From NCBI GenBank assembly GCA_963793595.1, contig CAWCBX010000176.1:42-64041 (forward strand): a stretch of DNA of 64,000 bases, written 5' to 3'. This DNA comes from an uncultured Gammaproteobacteria bacterium. Lineage in GTDB: Bacteria; Pseudomonadota; Gammaproteobacteria; GCA-001735895. Made by a program: the position numbers and the translations under genes. The notes beneath the pieces were generated by a model. That model searched no databases. It worked only from the letters and a program-made list of their open reading frames with translations, and was not told where the DNA came from. Positions 38,697 to 48,568 of the stretch are shown here, in pieces (the stretch's first letter is position 1; the number at the start of each line of letters is the position of its first letter).

Positions 38697-40829
38697 ATGA
38701 AAAAGATAATCCTGCTCGGGTTGTTGGGCGTCATCGTGCTGATTTTTTTCCACTTCAATCTGGATCAATATCTAACCCTCGAGTACGTCAAAAACCAGCA
38801 GCAAATCATTGACGAGTACTATGCCGAAAACCGTGCGCTTACGCTGATTGGTTTTTTTGTATTGTATGTCGTGATCACCGGCGTTTCGCTGCCGGGGGCG
38901 ACGGTGCTGACACTGGCTGGTGGCGCGATATTCGGCCTGGTCACAGGATTAATTCTGATTTCTTTTGCCAGCACGATAGGCGCATCGATTGCATTCCTGG
39001 TGTCGCGTTACCTGTTCAGGGATGCGGTGCAAACTCGATTTGGGGCCTCGCTAAAGGCAATTAATGATGGCATCGATAAAGATGGACCGTTTTACCTGTT
39101 TGCCTTACGCCTGGTACCCGCATTCCCGTTTTTCGTGATCAATCTGGTGATGGGCCTGACCACGCTGCGTTTATGGACATTTTTCTGGGTCAGCCAGCTG
39201 GGCATGTTTGCCGGCACCGTGGTCTACATCAATGCCGGTACCCAGTTAGCACAGATCGAATCAGCCAGCGGTATTTTCAGTAGCGAAATTCTGCTGTCGT
39301 TTCTACTGCTGGCAATGCTGCCTTTTATCGGTAGAAAAATCATCGCGTTGATTGCGCACCGAAAAGCACTACAAGGTTTCGTCAAGCCGGACCAGTTCGA
39401 CACTAATCTGGTAGTCATCGGCGGTGGCTCGGCCGGGCTGGTGACTGCCTATATCGCAGCTGCAGTCAAAGCCAGGGTTACATTGATCGAGAAACACAAG
39501 CTCGGTGGCGACTGCCTCAACTACGGTTGCGTCCCCTCCAAGGCGATAATACGCTCGGCGAAATTCCTCTCGCATATCGCGCGTAGCCGGGAATTCGGTA
39601 TCAAGCAGGCCAATGCCGAGTTTGATTTTGCCGAGGTGATGGAACGCGTGCAAAGGGTTATCAGGCAAATTGAACCGCATGATTCGATCGAGCGTTACAA
39701 TGGACTTGGCGTCGATGTTGTTATCGGCGAAGCGCGTATCACCTCGCCGTGGACCGTGGAAGTCAACGGGAACATTATCCGTACCCGTAACATCGTGGTT
39801 GCAACCGGTGGGCAGCCGTTCGTGCCACCGATCGAAGGCATCGACCAGGTCGACTACTATACATCGGATAATCTCTGGGACCTGCGTGACAAGCCGTCCA
39901 GGCTCGTGGTGCTGGGCGGTGGGCCGATCGGATCGGAATTAACCCAGGCCTTTGCGCGCCTCGGCGTTGCGGTTACGCAGATCGAAATGTTGCCACGTAT
40001 ATTGTTACGCGAAGACCCGGAAATTTCAGAGATGGTGCAACAGAAATTTAGCGCCGAAGGGGTAAGGGTTTTAACCGGTCATACGGCAAAGCGATTTATC
40101 AAACGTCAGGGTAAGGATTATCTGGTTGCAGAGAGTGAAAATGCGGAGGTCGAAGTTGAGTTCGACGCGCTCATAGTCGCGGTAGGCAGATCACCGCGGA
40201 GCAGCGGCTTTGGACTCGAGGAGATCGGGGTGCGCCTTAACCCGAATCGCACGATTGAAGTTAACGAGTATCTGCAGACCAGTATACCGACGATATATGC
40301 CTGCGGGGATGTCGCCGGGCCCTATCAATTTACCCATGTTGCCGCCCACCAGGCCTGGTATACCTCGGTGAACTCGCTGTTCGGCATGGTCAAACGTTTC
40401 AAGGTAGATTACTCGGTTATTCCCTGGGCTACTTTTACCGAGCCTGAAATCGCGCGGGTAGGTCTGAATGAAACCGAGGCTCGGGAGCAGGGTATCGAAT
40501 ATGAGGTGACCCGGTATGGCATCGATGATCTCGATCGTGCGATCGCGGACAGCGAGGCGCATGGTTTCGTCAAGGTGTTAACTATCCCGGGCAAGGACCG
40601 AATTCTCGGAGTTACCATCGTCGGCGAGCATGCCGGTGACTTGATCGCCGAGTACGTACTGGCGATGCGACATGGTCTTGGGCTGAACAAGATTCTTGGC
40701 ACCATCCATATTTATCCGACTCTGGCCGAAGCCAACAAGTACGCGGCGGGTGAATGGAAACGTGCCCATGTGCCTGAACGCCTGCTTGCATGGGTTGCCA
40801 GGTTTCATAATTGGCGACGTAAGGCCTGA
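38697..40829 (+). CDS. Fusion protein: N-terminal DedA/TVP38 membrane domain plus C-terminal FAD-dependent pyridine nucleotide-disulfide oxidoreductase (lipoamide dehydrogenase/mercuric reductase class)
   Basis: 710 aa. DedA region ~1-220 (TM helices, LTLAGGAIFG). FAD Rossmann VVIGGGSAGL, redox-active disulfide GGDCLNYGCVPSK, NAD site VVLGGGPIGSE, and a dimerisation domain at the C-terminus. Confidence 0.7.
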   Translation: MKKIILLGLLGVIVLIFFHFNLDQYLTLEYVKNQQQIIDEYYAENRALTLIGFFVLYVVITGVSLPGATVLTLAGGAIFGLVTGLILISFASTIGASIAFLVSRYLFRDAVQTRFGASLKAINDGIDKDGPFYLFALRLVPAFPFFVINLVMGLTTLRLWTFFWVSQLGMFAGTVVYINAGTQLAQIESASGIFSSEILLSFLLLAMLPFIGRKIIALIAHRKALQGFVKPDQFDTNLVVIGGGSAGLVTAYIAAAVKARVTLIEKHKLGGDCLNYGCVPSKAIIRSAKFLSHIARSREFGIKQANAEFDFAEVMERVQRVIRQIEPHDSIERYNGLGVDVVIGEARITSPWTVEVNGNIIRTRNIVVATGGQPFVPPIEGIDQVDYYTSDNLWDLRDKPSRLVVLGGGPIGSELTQAFARLGVAVTQIEMLPRILLREDPEISEMVQQKFSAEGVRVLTGHTAKRFIKRQGKDYLVAESENAEVEVEFDALIVAVGRSPRSSGFGLEEIGVRLNPNRTIEVNEYLQTSIPTIYACGDVAGPYQFTHVAAHQAWYTSVNSLFGMVKRFKVDYSVIPWATFTEPEIARVGLNETEAREQGIEYEVTRYGIDDLDRAIADSEAHGFVKVLTIPGKDRILGVTIVGEHAGDLIAEYVLAMRHGLGLNKILGTIHIYPTLAEANKYAAGEWKRAHVPERLLAWVARFHNWRRKA

Positions 40830-40956
40830 TTTGATATCTTGCCACCGGGTCTGCAGGCAAAACGACAATTCATCTGTAATCTGTTTTTTATTGCGCACAG
40901 TAGCGCAAGCTATCGGTAATGGCCCGATGCTGAAAATTCCGTGTAGAGTCGCGCAG

Positions 40957-42067
40957 TTACTGTTCAGTGAAAATCGAATTGAATTGCTGGCTGGTCTTGA
41001 CGAAGGTGGTACATTTACTCAGCCACTTCAGTTTCTTGGCACCGGCGTAAGTGCAGGTGCTGCGCACTCCACCAAGCAAGTCCTGGATTGTGTTTTCGAT
41101 TTTGCCGCGATAAGGCACCTGGATTTCTCTACCTTCAGATGAACGATATTCCTTGAGGCCACCAAAGTGCTTCTCATTGGCCGCCTTTGAACTCATTCCA
41201 TAAAAGTTTACAAACTTGCGTTCTTCGACCAGGTCTTCGAGACCGGCATCGGTTTTGATGACTTCACCGCTTTTAAAGTAACGGGTAATAATTTCACCGC
41301 CACCCTCGTCGTGTCCGGCGAGCATGCCGCCGAGCATGACAAAATCGGCACCAGCCGCAAATGCCTTGGCCAGGTCCCCCGGACAGGTGCAGCCGCCATC
41401 GGCGATGATATGTCCGCCAAGGCCATGTGCTGAATCAGCACACTCGATGACTGCGGAGAGCTGCGGAAATCCTACCCCGGTCTGGAGTCGGGTGGTGCAG
41501 ACACTGCCGGGACCAATACCGACCTTGACGATATCAGCGCCGCTCAGTATCAGTTCTTCGGTCATTTCCCCGGTGACGACATTACCGGCGATAATGACGA
41601 TGCCGGGATAGGCATCGCGTAATTGCTTGATAAAGTCAGAAAAACGCTCGGAGTAGCCGTTGGCCACGTCGACACAAACGTATTTCAGGCCGGCGCCGGT
41701 TTGTTTGTAAACAGCTTCAAATTTAGCAAAATCCTGGCTGGTGATACCGGTTGAATAGGCGACGTTTTCTCGTCGCCCGGAATTGTCTCGCTGCAAAAAA
41801 TTCGATCAGCTCGGCGGATTCGTAATTCTTCACCAGGCAGGTGAACAAACCCAGGCCTGCGAGGCTGTCTGCCATCTCGAAAGTACCGACACCGTCCATA
41901 TTTGAAGCCATGATCGGGATGCCGCGATAGTGCTCTTCGTCAGACTGGTAGTTGCGAAAGGTGAATTCACGTTCGAGTTCCACATCCTTGCGGCTACCCA
42001 GGGTACTGCGCTTGGGGCGGATCAGTACGTCCTTATAGTCAAGTTTGCTGTCGTCTTCGATTCTCAT
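40957..42067 (-). CDS. guaC: GMP reductase, interrupted by a frameshift at the A6/T6 run around 41795-41800
   Basis: ORFs 41723-42067 ([23 protein letters not shown]…) and 40957-41796 (…[11 protein letters not shown]…) are colinear with GuaC N- and C-terminal parts. Adding one T in gaattttttgcagcg restores …[11 protein letters not shown]…. Confidence 0.8.
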
Positions 42068-42273
42068 GGATAAACGGGCCTGGTAATAATCAGACAGCTG
42101 CGGACCTTAGCATGAATTCCGAGTACGGAACAGGTTACGAAAATGAGCGTCCAGTCATGGAACATGAGCGGGATCGCCAGCTTGATTTAGCCTGATAACT
42201 GCGTATTCTGATGTGCAACTCATGACTATAATTCGTTGTTGATCGTCTGCTTCAGGGGTAATGCGTTGCATGT

Positions 42274-43098
42274 TTGAGAGTCATGTCCGATAGCAGGAAC
42301 ATCCATAACGCGCTGCTGATTGACCTGGATGGCGTCATTTACCAGGGCGACCGCCTGGTTGATGGCGCGCTTGATAGCCTCGACTGGCTAAGACGATGCA
42401 AAATTCCTCACCTGTATGTCACTAATACCACGTCGCGCTCCCGTGCTGCATTGCTGGAAAAGTTCATCGGGCTGGGGTTTGAGGCTCAACTTCAAGAGCT
42501 GATGACCCCGATAGTCGCTGCCAACCAGTGGCTGGAGGAGTGGCAAATGCGCAAGATTGCAGCATTTGTGACACCGAGTGCGCTCGCTGATTTCAGCGGA
42601 GTTGAAATCATCTCGCCGGAGGGTGGCGAAGCGGTAGACGCGGTTGTCATTGGCGATCTTGGTGACGCCTGGGATTATCAGTTATTGAACCAGGCTTTCA
42701 GGTTGCTCATGCAGGATCCCCAGCCGCAGTTGATCGCATTGGGCATGACGCGCTATTGGCGCAGCCATGATGGCCTGCGCCTCGATGTTGCACCGTTTAT
42801 CAAGGCGCTGGAGCATGCGGCCTCATGCGAAGCCCGCGTTGTCGGCAAGCCTGCCGTGGCTTTTTTTGCGGCATCGCTGGCCTTGCTGCACAGCTCTGCA
42901 CAACAGGCATTTATGATTGGCGATGATATCGTCGGAGACATAGATGCCGCGCAGGCTTGCGGAATCCGCGGCATCCAGGTCAGAACCGGCAAGTTCCGCG
43001 AGGCTGACTTAAGCGGCGAAATAAAGCCTTTTGCCGTGCTCGATTCGATCGCCGACCTGCCTGCCTGGTGGCAGCAAACAGTGGCTAGCAATCCATAA
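42274..43098 (+). CDS. HAD-superfamily hydrolase, subfamily IIA (NagD-like)
   Basis: DxD motif LIDLDGVIY, motif II YVTNTTS, C-terminal GDD motif MIGDDIVGDIDAA. Confidence 0.65.
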   Translation: MRVMSDSRNIHNALLIDLDGVIYQGDRLVDGALDSLDWLRRCKIPHLYVTNTTSRSRAALLEKFIGLGFEAQLQELMTPIVAANQWLEEWQMRKIAAFVTPSALADFSGVEIISPEGGEAVDAVVIGDLGDAWDYQLLNQAFRLLMQDPQPQLIALGMTRYWRSHDGLRLDVAPFIKALEHAASCEARVVGKPAVAFFAASLALLHSSAQQAFMIGDDIVGDIDAAQACGIRGIQVRTGKFREADLSGEIKPFAVLDSIADLPAWWQQTVASNP

Positions 43099-43138
43099 AC
43101 AGTTTCAGATCACCGCGCGTTGCTGTTTAAGTATCAGC

Positions 43139-43570
43139 CTAGCGGGTGCGCGGGCAGACACCATCGCTGCCGAAAAAGAATTCGATTTCCGCGCTGGCAG
43201 TATCAGTCCCATCGGAACCATGCACCGCATTTTCATCGACGGTTTGCGCAAAGTCCGCACGGATCGTACCCGGAGCGGCGTCAGCCGGATTGGTGGCACC
43301 CATGACTTCGCGGTTTTTTGCTATCGCGTCCTCGCCTTCCAGTACCTGCACCATTACCGGCCCTGAGGTCATAAACTCGACCAGATCGTTATAAAAGGGG
43401 CGTTCCTTGTGCACGGCATAAAATTCGCCTGCTTTTTGCGCGCTTAAATGTTCCATGCGAGCAGCAACAATACGCAGACCGGCTTTTTCAAAGCGACTGT
43501 AAATCTCGCCAAGCACATTTTTGGCAACTGCATCGGGTTTAATGATCGAAAGAGTACGTTCGACTGCCAT
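43139..43570 (-). CDS. ndk: Nucleoside diphosphate kinase
   Basis: 143 aa; [10 protein letters not shown], active-site NAVHGSD, highly conserved throughout. Confidence 0.9.
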   Translation of the reverse strand: MAVERTLSIIKPDAVAKNVLGEIYSRFEKAGLRIVAARMEHLSAQKAGEFYAVHKERPFYNDLVEFMTSGPVMVQVLEGEDAIAKNREVMGATNPADAAPGTIRADFAQTVDENAVHGSDGTDTASAEIEFFFGSDGVCPRTR

Positions 43571-43652
43571 CTGGGAAATCTCCTGAGCTTAAAAATGCTG
43601 CGAATGATACTCCTTAGGGTACACTTATGCGACCCATTTTCAGGCTCGTACA

Positions 43653-46268
43653 ATGAAAACCGATAAGCACTTACGCAAGCATCTAAAGGATTACCAGCCG
43701 CCCAGTTTCGGCATCTCGAAAACGCAGTTGATCTTCCATCTCGACGCAAGCCGCAGCCGCGTTATCAGCTTGTTGCAAATGCATCGAATGACGGCAGATG
43801 AAGATGCCGAACTTGTTCTTGACGGAATCGAGCTAAAGCTTATCGAGCTGCGCCTGGACGGCAAAGTGCTGTCAGCCGATGACTACAGCCTGACCCCGGA
43901 AACCCTGACCATCAAGTCGGTTCCTGACCGGTTCGAGTTAAGTTGTGAAGTTGAAATCGATGCTGCGGCCAATACCCGACTCGAAGGTCTTTACCTGTCA
44001 AACGGAAATTTTTGCACCCAGTGTGAAGCCGAGGGCTTTCGCTACATTACCTATTACCTCGATCGCCCCGACGTCATGTCGGTATTCAGCACGGAGATTC
44101 ATGCCAGTAAAAAAGCCTGTCCACTGTTGTTGTCAAACGGTAATCGGATAGATAGCGGCGAAGATGGCTCGCAACACTGGGTTAGTTGGCATGATCCGTA
44201 TCCCAAGCCAGCGTATTTGTTCGCACTGGTTGCCGGAGATCTTGCCTGTGTCGAGGATAACTTTGTCACCCGCTCCGGGCGCGATGTTCAGCTACAGATA
44301 TTTACCGAGCATCATAATCGTGACAAATGTGATCACGCCCTGCGGTCGCTGCAAAAAGCGATGCGCTGGGATGAAGAGGTCTACGGGCTCGAGTACGATC
44401 TCGATCTTTACATGGTAGTCGCCGTGGATGACTTTAATATGGGTGCGATGGAAAACAAGGGGCTGAATGTTTTCAATACCAAGTATGTTCTCGCCAATAC
44501 GCACACTGCAACCGATGACGATTACCTGGCTATTGAAGGCGTAATCGCGCATGAGTATTTTCATAACTGGACCGGAAACCGGGTCACCTGTCGCGACTGG
44601 TTTCAGCTAAGCCTGAAAGAAGGACTAACCGTTTTTCGCGACCAGGAATTCAGTGCGGACATGTTTTCACGCGCTATTCAGCGCATCAGTGATGTACGTG
44701 TATTGCGCAATCATCAGTTTAGTGAAGACGCCGGTCCGATGGCGCACCCGGTGCGACCCGCTTCTTACCAGGAGATCAACAATTTCTATACCGCGACAGT
44801 TTATAACAAGGGTGCAGAAGTGGTGCGCATGATGCACTGCCTGCTGGGTGTGGAAAACTTTCGTAAAGGCATGGATTTGTATTTTCAGCGTCACGACGGG
44901 CAGGCGGTAACCACCGATGATTTTCGAGCGGCGATGCAGGATGCCTCGGGGATTAACCTGGATCGATTTCAACGTTGGTACGAGCAATCCGGTACGCCGC
45001 GCATCGATATAAAACGTGATTACGACACTGCAACTGGCAGCTTGTCGCTGACCGTGACCCAGCGTCCGGGTACTACCCGTGGCGAACTCAACCGGGCATT
45101 CCACATGCCCATGCGCCTGGCCCTGTTTGATCAGCAGGGCGAGCCACTGGTAATGGATTCCAGCGGCAACTTTGAGCAGATAGTTGATATCAAAGAACTG
45201 GAAACAGTGCTGCATTATGCCGATATGCCGGAGCAGGTAATGATGTCCGCGTTTCGTGGCTTTTCAGCGCCGATAATTCTGCGCACCGATCTAAGCGACA
45301 CGGAACTTGCCAGCTTAATGGTTTGTGATAGCGATCAATTTAACCGCTGGGAAGCAAGCCAGCAATTGGCCAGTCGAACCATGCTGGCGATGCTGGAGCA
45401 GGACAGGGCGCAATGGGATCAAATTCAGCAACCGTTGCTAGCCGCGTTTCACGACCTGTTGGCGCGGTCGCCGCTGGATGTGGCGCTGGTTGCCGAAATG
45501 ATGGTGCTGCCTGGAGAAAAATACATTGCCGAAATGCTGGACCAGGTCGATGTGCAAAAGCTCAGGGAGGTGCGGGAAACGCTGAAATTCGAGATTGCAT
45601 CGGGTAACGAGAGCCAGCTGCTGGAACACTACGAGAATTCTATCGATAGTGGTGAGTATCAATTGCATCCAGATGCAATTGCGCGGCGTCACCTGAAGAA
45701 TATTTGCCTGGCTTACCTGCTGCATCTCGAACAGCCGGGCTATTTCGAACTCTGTGAAAAACAGTTTGACCAGGCCGACAATATGACAGACCAGATAGCC
45801 TGTCTGCGGATGGTGGTCCATTATCGTCATGCCTTGCGCGACCGGATTGTGTCCCGCTTTTACGAACAATGGAAAGATACCGCACTGGTAGTGGATAAAT
45901 GGTTCAGCGCGCTGGGCTCAAGCGGCGCGGACAATGCGATTGAAGAAATCAGGCCATTGTTCGATCATCCGGCGTACACGCTGAACAACCCTAACCGGGC
46001 GCGTTCCCTGCTTGGCGCCATGGTTTCCAATTCGACTGTCTTTCATCAGCAAGATGGTGCGGGTTATGCGTTTGCCGCGCAAAAAATTCTCGAACTGGAT
46101 GCGATCAACCCGCAGGTGGCGGCTCGACTCGCCAATCCTTTCGTGCACTGGCGCAAACTGGTCGCGCAGCAGAGGCAGTTAATGAAGTCACAGGTAGAAA
46201 ACATGCTCACCCATAGCGAAATATCCAATGACCTGAATGAGTTGCTAAACACGAGTCTCAAGGATTAG
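43653..46268 (+). CDS. pepN: Aminopeptidase N (M1 family)
   Basis: 871 aa; GAMEN motif, zinc site HEYFHNWTGNRVT...E; colinear with PepN. Confidence 0.9.
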   Translation: MKTDKHLRKHLKDYQPPSFGISKTQLIFHLDASRSRVISLLQMHRMTADEDAELVLDGIELKLIELRLDGKVLSADDYSLTPETLTIKSVPDRFELSCEVEIDAAANTRLEGLYLSNGNFCTQCEAEGFRYITYYLDRPDVMSVFSTEIHASKKACPLLLSNGNRIDSGEDGSQHWVSWHDPYPKPAYLFALVAGDLACVEDNFVTRSGRDVQLQIFTEHHNRDKCDHALRSLQKAMRWDEEVYGLEYDLDLYMVVAVDDFNMGAMENKGLNVFNTKYVLANTHTATDDDYLAIEGVIAHEYFHNWTGNRVTCRDWFQLSLKEGLTVFRDQEFSADMFSRAIQRISDVRVLRNHQFSEDAGPMAHPVRPASYQEINNFYTATVYNKGAEVVRMMHCLLGVENFRKGMDLYFQRHDGQAVTTDDFRAAMQDASGINLDRFQRWYEQSGTPRIDIKRDYDTATGSLSLTVTQRPGTTRGELNRAFHMPMRLALFDQQGEPLVMDSSGNFEQIVDIKELETVLHYADMPEQVMMSAFRGFSAPIILRTDLSDTELASLMVCDSDQFNRWEASQQLASRTMLAMLEQDRAQWDQIQQPLLAAFHDLLARSPLDVALVAEMMVLPGEKYIAEMLDQVDVQKLREVRETLKFEIASGNESQLLEHYENSIDSGEYQLHPDAIARRHLKNICLAYLLHLEQPGYFELCEKQFDQADNMTDQIACLRMVVHYRHALRDRIVSRFYEQWKDTALVVDKWFSALGSSGADNAIEEIRPLFDHPAYTLNNPNRARSLLGAMVSNSTVFHQQDGAGYAFAAQKILELDAINPQVAARLANPFVHWRKLVAQQRQLMKSQVENMLTHSEISNDLNELLNTSLKD

Positions 46269-46277
46269 TGCGCCCCG

Positions 46278-47309
46278 ATGACCAGAACAGTGCAAATAGT
46301 CCTGCCCGGGCTATTCGATTTGCCGCTGCATGAGCTCGAGCCGCAACTGCTTCAGCAAAAATTACCGTATCTAAATCGATTTCTGCGCCTGGCAACCATA
46401 AAACCCAACCAGGCCTATACGATTGATGCGATCCTGGGTGATGTATTGGCAGGGCATGATTCGGTGCAGGCTCCGTATCCTGGACTACCAATGGCGCAGG
46501 CTTTTGCCGCTTCCGAAGGGGCTGAAGCCGAACGCCTGCTGCTGTGCCAGGCGATTCATCTACGGCCCGACATGCACAGTGCGGTTGTCGTGCCGATAAA
46601 TGTTGACCAGGAGAATCTTCATGATATAAATATAATAATCAATGATTTAGGAGATTTATTTAAAGTAGATTATGATATTGATGCAGTCGGCGATGGGCTC
46701 TTTCTGCTGCATCTGAAGCAGTTCGAAGCGCCAACTTACTACCCGCATATTCTCTCGGTGCTGGGGAAAACCGCCAATCCGTTTATCGAGCAATCGCGTC
46801 AGAATCTGCCGTGGTACAAGCTGCTCAACGAAATCCAGATGTTCATGCATCAGCACGAAGTCAACCAGAGACGGATCCAACGCGGCCTGGTACCGATAAA
46901 TAGCCTCTGGTTCTGGGGGGGCGGGCACCGTCTGCCTACCCCCGACTCAAACCTGGCATGGTTTTGTGATGATCCATTACTCAACCGTTTTGCCCGCAGC
47001 CTGGGGTTGACGCCACAATCCTGCACTGAGATCGATAATATCGTTTACCCCGTGGATACTCTTGTTACCGATTTACGTTTGCTTGAGTTACTGAAGACGG
47101 AACGCACCGTTCCATTAGATCAACTGTTGCTTGATATTGACCATAGGCTGCTGAAACCGCTGTTGGCGATGGTTCACAAGGGGCGTACGCAATTAGTGTT
47201 GCGCGCGGGCTACGAGTTTGATTTTGTCCTGCACCCGTCAGCGCTGATGAAATTCTGGCGGCCGCAGAAGAATCTTTCGAGCTGGGTCACTGCTGGCGAT
47301 GGCCTTTGA
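46278..47309 (+). CDS. Hypothetical protein (no confident family assignment)
   Basis: 343-aa ORF with good coding look, tightly following pepN; no diagnostic motifs recognised. Confidence 0.4.
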   Translation: MTRTVQIVLPGLFDLPLHELEPQLLQQKLPYLNRFLRLATIKPNQAYTIDAILGDVLAGHDSVQAPYPGLPMAQAFAASEGAEAERLLLCQAIHLRPDMHSAVVVPINVDQENLHDINIIINDLGDLFKVDYDIDAVGDGLFLLHLKQFEAPTYYPHILSVLGKTANPFIEQSRQNLPWYKLLNEIQMFMHQHEVNQRRIQRGLVPINSLWFWGGGHRLPTPDSNLAWFCDDPLLNRFARSLGLTPQSCTEIDNIVYPVDTLVTDLRLLELLKTERTVPLDQLLLDIDHRLLKPLLAMVHKGRTQLVLRAGYEFDFVLHPSALMKFWRPQKNLSSWVTAGDGL

Positions 47310-47357
47310 TGGTAGATATTCTTTGGCGCAAGACTGTGCGAAAATGCGCGCAACTAC

Positions 47358-48530
47358 GTGAGTAAATCAATGTCAACCAAAAATCAAATGCCTCACTTCG
47401 CCACCGTCGAGGATGTCGTCGAAGAGTTAAGTCCCGGCTACCCGGTTTATTGCCTGCGTCCGGCCGAATTAAAACGCCAGGCGAATTACTTCCTCGATAC
47501 TTTTCCGGGCCGGGTCATGTACGCGGTTAAATGCAATCCTCATCTGGCGGTTTTACAGGCCTTGTATGAAGCAGGTATCCGGCATTTTGATACGGCTTCG
47601 CTCGCCGAAATCGCGTTGGTGCGGGAGCATTTACCGCAGGCCGACTGTTATTTCATGCACCCGGTCAAGCCCCGCGCGGCGATTATGACCGCCCACCAGG
47701 TATATGGTGTCGATCACTTTGTTATCGATCACGAAAAAGAACTTGATAAGATCATCGACGTCACCGGTGGTGGCGACGGCAAGGTGGTGCTGGTGCGCAT
47801 TGTAACCCCGGTCCATGATGCGCAGTACCAGCTCTCGGATAAATTCGGTATTGCCGCGGAGGACGCCCCGGCACTCTTGCAAAAAGTGCATGACGCGAAT
47901 TTTCAAACCGGGGTTGCCTTCCATGTCGGTTCGCAATGTCGCACTCCGCAGGCCTTTGTCGACGGAATCAACACTGCGATCGAGGTGATTGAGACTGCCA
48001 ATGTGCCGGTGCATTACCTGGATGTGGGTGGCGGTTTCCCTGCGCTTTACGAGGACGATCGTCCGCCCGCGCTTGAGGCTTACTTTGACGCGATCAAGCA
48101 GGCTTTCGACCAGTCGCGTATCAGGCGTGACTGTGTGCTGATGTGCGAACCGGGTCGCGGGCTGGTCGCGAGCGGCTGTACCCTGCTGACCCAGATCCAG
48201 CTGCGCAAGGACAATAAGCTCTATATCAACGATGGTGTTTATCAAAGTCTTTCAGAAACCCTGACGGGTAAGATGAAGCTGCCGGCACGGTTGATTAATC
48301 CAGCGCGAACCCCGGCAACCGAGTTCCAGGATTTCACTATTCTGGGTCCGACCTGCGATAACCTCGATATCCTGCCGTCTCCCTTTTTACCTGCCGGTGG
48401 ATGCCGAGGAGGGTGACTGGATCGAAATCGGCCAGACCGGGGCCTACAGCAACTCTGCGGCAACTCGTTTCAATGGTTTTTTTCCTGAAGCCTTTGTCAC
48501 GGTGGAGGCGCCACCGTTGTTGCCGACTTA
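47358..48530 (+). CDS. PLP-dependent ornithine/lysine/diaminopimelate-type decarboxylase (fold III, eukaryotic-ODC-like). The C-terminus is displaced by a 1-nt frameshift at the T5 run 48384-48388.
   Basis: PLP-lysine region YAVKCNP, GGGFP, and CEPGR. After ...GPTCDNLDILPSPF the frame breaks; removing one T gives ...PFYLPVDAEEGDWIEIGQTGAYSNSAATRFNGFF, the conserved ODC C-terminus, which ends ~48530. Confidence 0.75.
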
Positions 48531-48568
48531 GCCAGGGACCCGTCACTTGCAGGTAAATTGATCGATCG

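Noticed and set aside
40830-40960. Possible intrinsic terminator (ttgcgc-tactgt-gcgcaa stem next to a T/A run) between the convergent DedA-oxidoreductase and guaC genes
   Set aside because: The T-run precedes rather than follows the hairpin on the plus strand and is an A-run on the minus strand, so the geometry is wrong for a confident rho-independent terminator call.
41723-42067. A separate 114-aa gene upstream of a 279-aa gene
   Set aside because: Both are halves of guaC split at an A6/T6 run.
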